This document shows positions 9,544 through 19,558 of a DNA stretch of 64,000 nucleotides, one piece after another. This DNA comes from Pedobacter sp. GTDB taxonomy: Bacteria; Bacteroidota; Bacteroidia; Sphingobacteriales; Sphingobacteriaceae. Each line of letters starts with the position of its first letter. Position 1 is the stretch's first letter. Location of the stretch: assembly GCF_041662865.1 (NCBI RefSeq), contig NZ_JBAZRL010000005.1, positions 61,351 through 125,350 on the forward strand. Direction: 5' to 3'. The notes under the pieces are model-generated. The model saw nothing but the letters and a program-made list of their open reading frames with translations. It made no database searches and was not told the DNA's origin. Made by a program: the position numbers and the translations under genes.

Positions 9544-10239
9544 TTATAATTCTTTAATCGATATGTTTCTATACCACACTTCATCTCCGTGATCTTGCAA
9601 CGATATTTTACCAGTTTTATAAGTTCCAAAACCTTCCCACTTAGCAAATTTACTTCCTGCAATTAAGGCTTTCCAATTCGCATCCCACATAGTGGTATTT
9701 ACCACTTTTACACCATTCAAAATGAAAGTTAAATTTCCTTTATCACTAATAATTTCTGATTTATTCCATTCACCTACTGGTTTTACAGGCTCTATATCGC
9801 TTTTAACCATATCATATAAGTTTCCGGCTCTGTGTTTAGTTATTTTTCCATCGGGATGCCCATCATTATCTAATACTTGCATTTCTGGTCCTGTACTATA
9901 TGTTTGATTGTATTTTGGATCTTCATGAATGTAAAAGATAACTCCACTATTAGATTTTGGAGCAACTTTCCATTCTAATTTTAAATGGAAATTGGTGTAT
10001 TCCTTATCAGTTACTAAATCGCCGCCGCCATCTTTCCCTTTTGTTTTCGGATCTAAATGTATAGCACCATCTTGAACTTGCCAAGCACTTCCAACTGTTG
10101 TTTTTCCATAGGTGTGCCAGCCTGATGTTGTTTTTCCATCAAAAAGTTTAGTGAAACCTTTATTTGATTTTGTAGTTTGAGCGGTAGAACTGCAACCCAT
10201 AACAACTAATACTAATCCCGGTACTATATACTGTTTCAT
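9544..10239 (-). CDS. DUF1080 (3-keto-disaccharide hydrolase/eliminase) lipoprotein
   Basis: LFDGKT..GW, NF.LKLEWK, NSGV, EMQVLD, G.I.LQDHG..VWYRNI.IKEL; lipobox VVMGC. Confidence 0.92.
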   Translation of the reverse strand: MKQYIVPGLVLVVMGCSSTAQTTKSNKGFTKLFDGKTTSGWHTYGKTTVGSAWQVQDGAIHLDPKTKGKDGGGDLVTDKEYTNFHLKLEWKVAPKSNSGVIFYIHEDPKYNQTYSTGPEMQVLDNDGHPDGKITKHRAGNLYDMVKSDIEPVKPVGEWNKSEIISDKGNLTFILNGVKVVNTTMWDANWKALIAGSKFAKWEGFGTYKTGKISLQDHGDEVWYRNISIKEL

Positions 10240-10263
10240 TTTATTAAATTTAATGTTCCGTAA

Positions 10264-11721
10264 TTAAACTCCTAATGTCCAACCTTTGCGGTATTCTCTT
10301 TTCACAAATTGATTAACTTCATCAAAATTTGTCACTTTCATATTGTCATTATCCCACAATAATTTTTTGTACCTGCCAGGATAAATAGTTTTACCTTCTG
10401 CATTTTTACCCTGAATATCAGCTGCACGAATAGCCAAATTCGCCATTAATAAACATTCAGTTAATGGGCCTGCAATTTCGAAAGGAGAACTCAATTCTTT
10501 TTTGCCGTGACCTGCGATACACGCCTCAACCCACTGTGCATAATGACCATTTTCTCCGCCAGTTACACGTGCAAATTTTGCGGGCACTTTAATATCTTTT
10601 GTTTTGCTTAATGGTAAAAGTTGTGGATTTCTTCCATAGGTTTCTGATGTCATTTTTCCTTTGGTTCCAATAAATAAAGTTCCATTTCCACCATCTCCGA
10701 ATTTTTCATTTGCCATTAATTCTTCAGGTCGTGTTGGTTGAATTCCACCATCCATCCAGTGAACGGTTACATCGCCTTTAGTTTTATTGGTTTTAGGGAA
10801 TTTTAAGGTTACATGACTTGATGGAGGGCAACTTTCAGGGAAATATCCACGTTTAAATTCATCTACATAAACAGAACCTACACTTGCTTCAACTTCCTTC
10901 GCATATTTTAAGTTCAATACACTAAAGGGAGTTTCTAATAAGTGACATCCCATATCGCCTAATGCACCAGTCCCATAATCCCACCATCCACGCCAGTTAA
11001 ATGGCACTAATTTATTTACATAATCTTTATAGGGCGCTGTTCCTAACCATAAATCCCAATCTAATTCTGCAGGGACTTCTGCTTTATTCGCCGACCATGG
11101 AATACCTTGAGGCCAAACTGGTCTATCTGTCCATGCATAAATCGTATGTACATCGCCAATTAAACCAGCATCATACCATTCTTTCATTTGTCGTGGGCCA
11201 TCATTTGAAGCACCTTGATTTCCCATTTGGGTAACCACTTTATATTTTTTAGCAGCGGCGGTTAATGCACGAGCTTCAAAAATATCATGAGTAAGCGGTT
11301 TTTGCACATAAACATGTTTGCCTAATTGCATGGCAGCCATCGCTTGTACCGCATGGTTATGATCTGGAGTCGAAACAGTAACGCCATCAAAGTTTTTATG
11401 TTCTTTGTCGAACATTTCTCTCCAGTCTTTATAGAATTTTGCTTTAGGGAAACGTTTCACACTTGCTGTAGCTCTACGTGTATCTACATCACATAAATAA
11501 GCAATATCTGCTTTGCCACTTTCGGATATAAAACGAAGATCTGAATCTCCTTTACCACCCACGCCTATACCAGCAACAATTAGTCGGTCACTTGGAGCTA
11601 AAAATCCTTTACCGCCCAAAACATGACGAGGAACAATCATAAATGCAGCAGATGCAATGGCTGTAGTTTTTAAAAAATTACGTCGACCGCTTGCTTCCAC
11701 TTCTTTTTTTGCCTTATCCAT
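10264..11721 (-). CDS. Tat-exported Gfo/Idh/MocA oxidoreductase (putative glycoside 3-dehydrogenase)
   Basis: GRRNFLK Tat motif; IGVGGKG, STPDHNH, VYVQKPL, GALGDMGCH. Confidence 0.9.
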   Translation of the reverse strand: MDKAKKEVEASGRRNFLKTTAIASAAFMIVPRHVLGGKGFLAPSDRLIVAGIGVGGKGDSDLRFISESGKADIAYLCDVDTRRATASVKRFPKAKFYKDWREMFDKEHKNFDGVTVSTPDHNHAVQAMAAMQLGKHVYVQKPLTHDIFEARALTAAAKKYKVVTQMGNQGASNDGPRQMKEWYDAGLIGDVHTIYAWTDRPVWPQGIPWSANKAEVPAELDWDLWLGTAPYKDYVNKLVPFNWRGWWDYGTGALGDMGCHLLETPFSVLNLKYAKEVEASVGSVYVDEFKRGYFPESCPPSSHVTLKFPKTNKTKGDVTVHWMDGGIQPTRPEELMANEKFGDGGNGTLFIGTKGKMTSETYGRNPQLLPLSKTKDIKVPAKFARVTGGENGHYAQWVEACIAGHGKKELSSPFEIAGPLTECLLMANLAIRAADIQGKNAEGKTIYPGRYKKLLWDNDNMKVTNFDEVNQFVKREYRKGWTLGV

Positions 11722-11745
11722 TCTAAATTTTTTTAAAGGTTAATG

Positions 11746-12126
11746 TTATTTTTTCAGCGTTAAAATATATTTTACCATTAATTTGGCTTCGTCGTTCGTT
11801 ATTTTAGTATGTGGTGTCATTGGGATGTTTCCCCAAACGCCTTTGCCACCTTTCACAATTTTATCTGCTAATAAATTTACATTTTCATCTGTAGAAGGAT
11901 ATTTCGCAGCAATTTCTTGATAAGCAGGACCGATTAATTTATCTTCTTTGTGATGGCAACCGATACAATCTGATTTCACAATCAACAATTCTCCGGGTTC
12001 CATCGCTGGTTTAGATTCACTTGTAGCTGGAGCAGTAGTCGCAGCAGTTTCAGAATTAGAAGTTGAGCCACCACATGCAGCTAATAAAAAGGTAATTGTG
12101 CTTAAAAATAAAAGTGTTTTTTTCAT
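11746..12126 (-). CDS. Monoheme class I cytochrome c lipoprotein
   Basis: CIGCH heme motif, IGPAY, distal Met in IPMTPH, lipobox LLAAC. Confidence 0.93.
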   Translation of the reverse strand: MKKTLLFLSTITFLLAACGGSTSNSETAATTAPATSESKPAMEPGELLIVKSDCIGCHHKEDKLIGPAYQEIAAKYPSTDENVNLLADKIVKGGKGVWGNIPMTPHTKITNDEAKLMVKYILTLKK

Positions 12127-12134
12127 GTTAATTG

Positions 12135-13187
12135 TTATATGCCTAAAATTTTCTTGTTAAAATTTGCATCGCCACCTGCGGATGCAAAATCATCAAATGC
12201 TTTGGTTGTAACTGGAATAATGTGATTTTTGATAAATTCAGCGCCTTCTCTAGCGCCAGTTTCAGAATCTTTAATACAACATTCCCATTCCATTACTGCC
12301 CAGCCTTTATAATCGTATTGTGCTAATTTGCTAAATATGCGTTTAAAATCTACTTGCCCATCGCCAGGAGAGCGGTAACGACCTGCTCGATTTGCCCAAC
12401 TTTGATAACCGCCAAATGTTCCTTGTTTTCCTGTCGGATTAAATTCTGCATCCTTTACGTGAAATGCTTTGATTCTCTCATGATAAAAATCGATGTACTG
12501 AATATAATCTAATTGTTGTAATACAAAATGTGATGGATCGTATAATAAACAAGCTCTGGCATGATTATTCACTTTGTCCAAGAACATTTCATACGTTTCG
12601 CCATCAAATAAATCTTCTCCTGGATGGATTTCATAGCAAACATCCACGCCACAATTATCAAATTCATTTAAAATTGGCAACCAACGTTTCGCTAATTCTG
12701 TAAAACCATCATCAACTAAGCCCTCTGGTCGTTGTGGCCATGGATGAAAAGTATGCCATAATAAGGAACCGCTAAAAGTTGCATGTGCTTTTAATCCTAA
12801 ATTTTGGGAAGCTTTAGCTGCATATTTCAGTTGTTGAATCGCCCATTCTGTTCTAGCTTTCGGATTGTTCTTCACTTCATCAGCTGCAAAAGCATCAAAT
12901 AATTGGTCGTATGCAGGATTAACAGCCACCAGTTGACCTTGTAAATGAGTAGAAAGCTCGGTAATTACTAGTCCATAAGAAGCTATTTTCGCCGTAAGTT
13001 CATCAGCGTAAGTTTTACTTTCAGCAGCCAGTTTTAAGTCGATAAAACGTTTATCTAAGGTTGGCATTTGGATGCCTTTAAAACCTAAATTAGCCGCCCA
13101 CTTACAAATTCCCTCTAATGAATTAAATGGGGCTTCCTCTCCAATAAATTGGGCTAAAAATACAGCTGGTCCTTGTATTGTCGTCAT
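12135..13187 (-). CDS. Cytoplasmic sugar phosphate isomerase/epimerase-like TIM barrel (AP_endonuc_2)
   Basis: YEIHPGED, YDPSH, FHVKDAE, VMEWEC; no signal peptide. Confidence 0.88.
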   Translation of the reverse strand: MTTIQGPAVFLAQFIGEEAPFNSLEGICKWAANLGFKGIQMPTLDKRFIDLKLAAESKTYADELTAKIASYGLVITELSTHLQGQLVAVNPAYDQLFDAFAADEVKNNPKARTEWAIQQLKYAAKASQNLGLKAHATFSGSLLWHTFHPWPQRPEGLVDDGFTELAKRWLPILNEFDNCGVDVCYEIHPGEDLFDGETYEMFLDKVNNHARACLLYDPSHFVLQQLDYIQYIDFYHERIKAFHVKDAEFNPTGKQGTFGGYQSWANRAGRYRSPGDGQVDFKRIFSKLAQYDYKGWAVMEWECCIKDSETGAREGAEFIKNHIIPVTTKAFDDFASAGGDANFNKKILGI

Positions 13188-13190
13188 TTT

Positions 13191-14348
13191 TTAAATTTTA
13201 AAATCGTACCATTTCTGATCTGATTTACTTGAAGCTACTACATTTTCAATAAAAGCCATTCCACGAATGCCATCTTCTGCATTCGGAAAATCGAGCATTT
13301 CTGAAGTAGGTTGTTCATTATTTTGTTTAGCTAATAAAGTCAATGCAAAGTTTTTATAAATATTAGCAAAGGCTTCTAAATATCCCTCTGGGTGACCTGA
13401 AGGTGTTCTCGTATTAAATTTAGCAACGGCTGATAAATAATTATTACCTGTTTTATAAACTTGAGTAGGTTGATCTAGCCATTTTATAAGTAATGTATTT
13501 GGTTCTGCTTGATGCCATTCTAGTCCACCTTTTTCACCATAAATTTTAATTTTCAAGGCATTTTCTTCTCCAGCAGCAATTTGTGATGCCATTAAAGTTC
13601 CGTTGGCACCATTGTTAAATCTCAATAGCACATTTCCATCATCATCTAATGCTCTACCGTCAACCACACAATTTAAATCGGCACAAATTTTATCAATTTG
13701 TAAGCCCGAAATATATTCTGCTAAATGCGCTGCATGCGTACCAACATCAGCCATGCAACCACTAATTCCACTTTTTTTAGGATCAGCTCGCCAAGCTGCT
13801 TGCTTATTGTCAGCAGGCGCTGGCTGACTTAGCCAACCTTGAGGATATTCAACACAAACTTTTCTGATTTTGCCAAATGCACCATCTTTCACCATCTGCT
13901 TTGCATGCTTCACTAATGGATAACCGGAATAGGTGTGAGTTAAACAGACCATTAATCCAGTTTCTGCAGCTTTTTGCTGTAACGCTTTCGCTTCTACTAA
14001 AGTTAAGGTGATAGGTTTATCAATTACGACATGAAATCCATTTTCTAAAGCTAACATAGCCGGTTCGAAATGGACATTATTTGGTGTAACTATACTTACA
14101 AAATGCATTCTTTGTGATTCAGGAAGTTTGCTTTCTGAAGTAATCATTTCTTTATAGTTGGTGTATATTCTATCTTCTGGTAAGAATAATTCTTTTCCAG
14201 AGGCGATTGCATTTTCAGGATTAGAACTTAACGCTCCGCAAGAAAGTTCAATTAGACCATCCAAACTTGCAGCCATGCGATGAACAGCGCCGATAAAAGC
14301 ACCTTTTCCACCGCCAATCATCCCCATTCTTATCTTTCCTGTTGCCAT
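13191..14348 (-). CDS. Cytoplasmic Gfo/Idh/MocA oxidoreductase
   Basis: GMIGGGKGAFIGAVH, VTPNNVH, VIDKP, DVGTH; no signal peptide. Confidence 0.9.
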   Translation of the reverse strand: MATGKIRMGMIGGGKGAFIGAVHRMAASLDGLIELSCGALSSNPENAIASGKELFLPEDRIYTNYKEMITSESKLPESQRMHFVSIVTPNNVHFEPAMLALENGFHVVIDKPITLTLVEAKALQQKAAETGLMVCLTHTYSGYPLVKHAKQMVKDGAFGKIRKVCVEYPQGWLSQPAPADNKQAAWRADPKKSGISGCMADVGTHAAHLAEYISGLQIDKICADLNCVVDGRALDDDGNVLLRFNNGANGTLMASQIAAGEENALKIKIYGEKGGLEWHQAEPNTLLIKWLDQPTQVYKTGNNYLSAVAKFNTRTPSGHPEGYLEAFANIYKNFALTLLAKQNNEQPTSEMLDFPNAEDGIRGMAFIENVVASSKSDQKWYDFKI

Positions 14349-16048
14349 TAAATATTGCCTTTTTTCAATTCGGTAACTGCAAAATCACATGCTCTTGCAG
14401 TTAAAGCCATGTACGTTAATGAAGGGTTTTGACAAGCAGTTGAAGGCATACAAGAACCATCAGTTACAAATACATTTTTAACTTCATGCATTTGGTTCCA
14501 TTTATTTAGAACTGAAGTTTTAGGATCTTTACCCATTCTTGCTGTTCCCATTTCGTGAATGGCCATACCTGGCATAGAACCGTTATCATATGTTTTAACG
14601 TCTTTAATACCTGCATCTTCTAACATTTCAGCTGCATCATTCATCATATCGACACGCATTTTTGCTTCATTGTCTTTGAACTCACAATCGATAGCCAATA
14701 CAGGTTGTCCCCATTTGTCTTTTTTAGTTTTGTCAATGTACACACGGTTTTCATGGTATGGAAGCGATTCGCCGAAGCCACCTAAACCCATACTCCAAAT
14801 ACCTGGTGTACTGATTAAATCTTTAAAATCTCCACCGAAAGCTAATTCTGCAATATCATTATGCCAGCCTGAACGACTTGCACCTCCTTGATAACCGAAA
14901 CCACGAACATAGTCGCGTTTATCGTTACCTACATTTCTATAACGCGGAATGTAAACACCATTCGCTCTTTTACCGTAGGTATATTTATCGTCAAAACCTT
15001 CTGCTTGACCAGATGCGCCACAACGGAAATGATGGTCCATTAAATTATGTCCTAATTCGCCACTAGCGTTACCTAATCCGTTAGGATGTTCTGGAGATGT
15101 TGAGTTTAACAATAAAAATGTACTGCCTAAAGTAGAACCGTTTACAAAAACTATTTTCGCAAAATATTCAATATGCTCATTGGTTTCCGAATCGATAATT
15201 CTAACTCCTTTGGCTTTTTGAGTTTCTTTATCGTATATAATCTCGTTAACCAAAGAAAAAGGTCTCAATGTTAAATTACCTGTTGCAACTGCTGCTGGCA
15301 AAGTAGACGATTGTGTACTGAAATAAGCGCCAAAAGGACATCCACGACTACATAGATTCCTATATTGACAACTTCCTCTACCGCCATGTTCTACTGTTAA
15401 ATTCGCGGTGCGACCCATGGTCATAATGCGGCTTCTATTGTATTTTTTTTCAATGCGTTCTTTTACCGATTTCTCCACGCAATTCATTTCCATTGGCGGA
15501 AGAAAATGTCCATCTGGAAAGTGTGGATAATTTTCAACCGAACCACTAATTCCCGCAAATTTCTCTACATAATCATACCAAGGTGCAATATCTTTATAAC
15601 GGATTGGCCAATCTACTCCATGTCCATCTTTTGCATTATCTTCAAAATTAAGATCGCTTAAACGGTAACTCTGGCGACCCCACATTAATGATTTTCCACC
15701 TACGTGAAAACCGCGATACCAATCGAACCTTTTAATTTCAGTGTAAGGGCAATCTAAATCATTTACCCAGAAACTTTCATTAAATTCCTGATAAGGATAA
15801 TCTCTTTTTTGTACAGGGTGAGATGCTTTTTGAGCTTCTGTTAATCTTCCACGATGTTCAAATTCCCAAGGCTTTTTCATAGCCGTGGTATAGTCTTTAA
15901 TGTGTTCTATATTTCTGCCACGCTCTAGCATCAGGACTTTTAAGCCTTTTTCTGTTAACTCTTTTGCTGCCCATCCACCACTAATTCCAGATCCTACAAC
16001 AATGGCATCGTATGTATTTTGTGCGGTTGCTTTTGTATTTAAATTCAT
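14348..16048 (-). CDS. GMC flavoprotein oxidoreductase, catalytic subunit of a glycoside 3-dehydrogenase-type complex
   Basis: GSGISGG FAD motif, GGKSLMWGR, CQYRNLCSRGC (Cx5Cx3C Fe-S motif), IHEMGTARMG, NPSLT. Confidence 0.9.
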   Translation of the reverse strand: MNLNTKATAQNTYDAIVVGSGISGGWAAKELTEKGLKVLMLERGRNIEHIKDYTTAMKKPWEFEHRGRLTEAQKASHPVQKRDYPYQEFNESFWVNDLDCPYTEIKRFDWYRGFHVGGKSLMWGRQSYRLSDLNFEDNAKDGHGVDWPIRYKDIAPWYDYVEKFAGISGSVENYPHFPDGHFLPPMEMNCVEKSVKERIEKKYNRSRIMTMGRTANLTVEHGGRGSCQYRNLCSRGCPFGAYFSTQSSTLPAAVATGNLTLRPFSLVNEIIYDKETQKAKGVRIIDSETNEHIEYFAKIVFVNGSTLGSTFLLLNSTSPEHPNGLGNASGELGHNLMDHHFRCGASGQAEGFDDKYTYGKRANGVYIPRYRNVGNDKRDYVRGFGYQGGASRSGWHNDIAELAFGGDFKDLISTPGIWSMGLGGFGESLPYHENRVYIDKTKKDKWGQPVLAIDCEFKDNEAKMRVDMMNDAAEMLEDAGIKDVKTYDNGSMPGMAIHEMGTARMGKDPKTSVLNKWNQMHEVKNVFVTDGSCMPSTACQNPSLTYMALTARACDFAVTELKKGNI

Positions 16049-16067
16049 TATAAAATGATAATAAGGT

Positions 16068-16736
16068 TTATGCCCAAACTTTTTGACCAGGTTTAAGGTC
16101 TACACATCCATCGTAACGACCAGGGATTTGTACGTATTCATAAGCTTGTGTGGCACCAACTTCTGATGTAAAGTAGCCAAGCATTGTTAAATCTCTTGCA
16201 ATTGCAAAAAACTGAGGTGTAGTTTTTGGTGGGTCTTTAACTGCCATTGGATTTCCAGCTCTCTCTTTCTCTGGTTTATTTCTTTCGATATCCATTTCTA
16301 GTTTAGCAGCTTTTTCATTCGCATCATTTTCTGTCTTTTGAGCAGCTACAGTTTCATCTCTAACTTTAGTAATGAGTTGTTCGCGTTCTTTAACTGAAAT
16401 TTCTAGGAATGATTTGCCAAAGTCTTTTTTAGATCTGGTTTCAATATTTTCTAATCCTTTTACAAAAGCTTTCTGGGCATCCTCAGGATAGCATTCTTTT
16501 ATCATCATACTGATAAATGGTCCAACGTTAGCAGCTTTTGCTCCGGGAGATTTTGCGGTTGTAGGAATAATGATATCAGCTATTTCTGAAATTAGCTTTT
16601 CTTGGTCTGAGGTAAATAGATTTGCACTATTTTTTCCAGGTTCATTGCAGCTATCAAATAAAGTGGCAATTGTTGTGGCTGATAAGGCTCCACCAATTAA
16701 AAAAGCTACACTTTTTACGGCTTCTCTTCTGTCCAT
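16068..16736 (-). CDS. Gluconate 2-dehydrogenase subunit 3 family (Tat-signal partner subunit of the GMC enzyme)
   Basis: MDRRE Tat motif; IADIIIPTT..PGAK, LGYFTSEVGA. Confidence 0.88.
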   Translation of the reverse strand: MDRREAVKSVAFLIGGALSATTIATLFDSCNEPGKNSANLFTSDQEKLISEIADIIIPTTAKSPGAKAANVGPFISMMIKECYPEDAQKAFVKGLENIETRSKKDFGKSFLEISVKEREQLITKVRDETVAAQKTENDANEKAAKLEMDIERNKPEKERAGNPMAVKDPPKTTPQFFAIARDLTMLGYFTSEVGATQAYEYVQIPGRYDGCVDLKPGQKVWA

Positions 16737-16933
16737 ATGATTTGGTTAGGTTTTGTGCAATTAAATTAGGTAAAATATATTAACATAAAGAACCACATTT
16801 AAAAATATATAACGATTTTAGGTTTTAATATTGTACAAAATACACTTAGGTGTATCGTAGGGCGAATAAGGCTTTGTAAAAATTAGTTTACATAATAAAA
16901 CGTTTTACGTATTAACACATTTGCAGATTTTTT

Positions 16934-16941
16934 TACCTTTG
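16934..16941 (+). promoter_or_regulatory. Bacteroidota sigmaA -7 element upstream of tdh
   Basis: TACCTTTG matches TAnnTTTG, 18 nt before ATG 16960. Confidence 0.6.
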
Positions 16942-16959
16942 CTGCATTACCCACATTGT

Positions 16960-17907
16960 ATGATCGAAAAAATACTAGTACTTGGTTCTAACGGACAAAT
17001 TGGTACTGAATTAGTTACAGCTTTGCGCAAGGGTTATGGAAACGACAATGTTGTTGCTTGCGATATCCGTAGACCTGATTATGAGACTAAAAATGCTGGT
17101 CCATTTGAATTTGTAAACGTATTGGATAAGGAAATTCTAAAAGAGATTTTCCAAAAATATAAGCCAACACAAGTTTATTTACTAGCTGCACTTTTATCTG
17201 CCACAGGCGAACAAAACCCAAAGTTAGCTTGGGATTTGAATATGAATGGTTTGTTAAATGTTTTGGATTTAGCATTGATTTATAAAACTGCTAAAGTGTA
17301 TTGGCCAAGTTCAATTGCAGTTTTCGGACCAAATTCTCCAAAAGATCATACGCCTCAATATTGCACCATGGACCCAAATACGGTGTATGGTATTAGTAAA
17401 TTGGCTGGCGAACGTTGGTGCGAATATTACAATCAGAAATATAATTTAGATGTGAGAAGTATCCGTTATCCTGGATTAATTAGCTGGAAAGCAGCACCGG
17501 GTGGAGGAACTACAGATTATGCTATTCATATTTTCCATGAAGCGTTAAAGAAAGGAAGTTATTCTTCGTTTTTATCGGCTACAACGGAATTACCAATGAT
17601 GTATATGGATGATGCAATTCGCGGAACAATAGAATTGATGGATGCTCCGGCTGAACAAATTTCTATTCGTTCAAGTTATAATTTTGGCGGAGTTCACTTT
17701 ACTCCAGAAGTATTAGCTGCAGAAATTCGTAAACATATTCCAGATTTTAAATTATCATATACGGCGAACGATCCACGTCAAGAAATTGCCAATAGCTGGC
17801 CAAAATCTATTGACGATAGTTTTGCTAAGAGAGATTGGGCCTGGAAACCAGAGTTTGATTTGGCAAAAATGACAGAAGACATGTTAACGAATTTAAAAAA
17901 GAGCTAA
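16960..17907 (+). CDS. tdh: SDR-type L-threonine 3-dehydrogenase (NAD-dependent epimerase/dehydratase family)
   Basis: GSNGQIG, LLSATGE, PSSIAVFG, YGISK, GGGTTDYA; start moved to ATG 16960. Confidence 0.8.
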   Translation: MIEKILVLGSNGQIGTELVTALRKGYGNDNVVACDIRRPDYETKNAGPFEFVNVLDKEILKEIFQKYKPTQVYLLAALLSATGEQNPKLAWDLNMNGLLNVLDLALIYKTAKVYWPSSIAVFGPNSPKDHTPQYCTMDPNTVYGISKLAGERWCEYYNQKYNLDVRSIRYPGLISWKAAPGGGTTDYAIHIFHEALKKGSYSSFLSATTELPMMYMDDAIRGTIELMDAPAEQISIRSSYNFGGVHFTPEVLAAEIRKHIPDFKLSYTANDPRQEIANSWPKSIDDSFAKRDWAWKPEFDLAKMTEDMLTNLKKS

Positions 17908-17950
17908 GAACTAAAACTGAAAGCAGAATAAAGTATTCAATACTATAAAA

Positions 17951-18679
17951 ATGGGAAGAGCATTCGAATTTAGAAAAGAAAGAAAATTTAAACGTTGGGC
18001 AAAAATGGCCGTTCAATTTACCCGTATTGGTAAAGATATTGTAATGGCAGTTAAAGATGCTGGACCTCATCCAGAGACTAACTCTCGTTTGCGTACTGCT
18101 ATGCAAAATGCAAAAGCTGTAAATATGCCAAAAGATAGGGTAGAAGCTGCAATTAAGCGTGCTTCAGATAAATCGATGGCCAACTACGAAGAAATTGTGT
18201 ACGAAGGTTATGCTCCACATGGCGTTGCTGTTTTAATTGAAACTGCAACAGATAACACCAATCGTACCGTAGCAAATGTGCGTAGCTACTTTAATAAAAC
18301 TAATGGAACTTTAGGTAAAACAGGTTCATTAGATTTTGTATTTAACCGTAAATCTATTTTCAGGTTCGCACCTGCGGAAGATTTAGATTTAGAAGAACTA
18401 GAATTCGAATTGATTGATGCGGGCTTGGAAGAGTTATATGTAGAATCTGATGAAGAAGGAAATGATATTGCAGTAGCTCAAGGCGCTTTTGAGAATTTCG
18501 GTTCTTTGCAAAAAGCTTTAGAGGAAAAAGGCATTGAGTTAAAAAGCTCAAAATTAGAACGTATTGCTTTGTCTCATCATCCAGTTTCTGAAGAACAAGC
18601 ACTTGATGTATTAAAACTTATCGATAAATTGGAAGAAGATGATGATGTTCAAGCTGTTTATCATAATATGGCAGAATAA
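17951..18679 (+). CDS. yebC: YebC/PmpR family protein
   Basis: NSRLR.A...AK..NMPKD, YEGY.PHGVA, DDDVQAVYHN. Confidence 0.95.
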   Translation: MGRAFEFRKERKFKRWAKMAVQFTRIGKDIVMAVKDAGPHPETNSRLRTAMQNAKAVNMPKDRVEAAIKRASDKSMANYEEIVYEGYAPHGVAVLIETATDNTNRTVANVRSYFNKTNGTLGKTGSLDFVFNRKSIFRFAPAEDLDLEELEFELIDAGLEELYVESDEEGNDIAVAQGAFENFGSLQKALEEKGIELKSSKLERIALSHHPVSEEQALDVLKLIDKLEEDDDVQAVYHNMAE

Positions 18680-18693
18680 CTCCTAATGATAGA

Positions 18694-18733
18694 AAAAGAA
18701 AAGGCTTCTAAATTATTCGAAGCCTTTTCTTTT
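18694..18733. terminator. Bidirectional intrinsic terminator between yebC and the PUL end
   Basis: 15-bp perfect stem AAAAGAAAAGGCTTC / GAAGCCTTTTCTTTT, 10-nt loop. Confidence 0.85.
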
Positions 18734-18742
18734 AATTTATAT

Positions 18743-19519
18743 TTACTTGTGATTACTGAATAACCAAGGAGTTAATTGAGGTTCTGCAAAAGCAGAATCC
18801 CAACTATTATGATTAGCTTTTAAGTAAATAGTGTATTTTGGCTCATGTCCTAATTTCTTTAATTCTCTATATACATTGTAAGATAATTGTGGATTTACAA
18901 CATCGTCCAATCCTCCATGGAAAATCCATAAAGGAACATTTTTGTATTTTTGAGCATTTACTGGATTATCACCTCCGCAAATTGCAAATGCAGCCGCAAA
19001 AGTATGTGGTTTTCGTCTCAAAATTTCAAATGTTCCCATCCCGCCCATAGATAAACCACCAACATAAATCCTGGTTTTATCTACTATTGGGTTTTTAAAA
19101 AACTCATCTGTAAATTTAAGTAGCAACGACATTGATTTTTTGGGTTCGCCTCCTTTTTGAAAAGTGAAAAAACGCTTACCACTTACTTCTTCAATTTCTA
19201 CATTAGACCAATAACTTTCCTCTGCACATTGCGGAAAAATAACAATAGCTGGATTAGTTTTTCTAAATTCATCAGTTAAAAAAAGCTTAGCGCCATGCGT
19301 TAATTGCTTTTCATTGTCATTTCCACTTTCACCTCTGCCATGTAAGAAAAGTACAACTGGGTATTTCTTCGTGGCATCAAAGTTTTCAGGGTATAAAATT
19401 CTGTATTTTAATGTATCAGTACCTTGAATGAAGTTTTCATTTTTGTACTTAGATAAATCTTGGGCAAAAGTCGAAGAAATGGTTAGACAAAATAATATAA
19501 ATAGAATAGTCTTTTTCAT
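18743..19519 (-). CDS. Secreted alpha/beta-hydrolase esterase (PUL-associated)
   Basis: FLHGRGE, GLSMGG nucleophile, HGGLDDVV, HNSW; signal peptide. Confidence 0.82.
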   Translation of the reverse strand: MKKTILFILFCLTISSTFAQDLSKYKNENFIQGTDTLKYRILYPENFDATKKYPVVLFLHGRGESGNDNEKQLTHGAKLFLTDEFRKTNPAIVIFPQCAEESYWSNVEIEEVSGKRFFTFQKGGEPKKSMSLLLKFTDEFFKNPIVDKTRIYVGGLSMGGMGTFEILRRKPHTFAAAFAICGGDNPVNAQKYKNVPLWIFHGGLDDVVNPQLSYNVYRELKKLGHEPKYTIYLKANHNSWDSAFAEPQLTPWLFSNHK

Positions 19520-19558
19520 GTTGCGCTTTTATGAATTCATGTTTGAAAGATTACTTCC

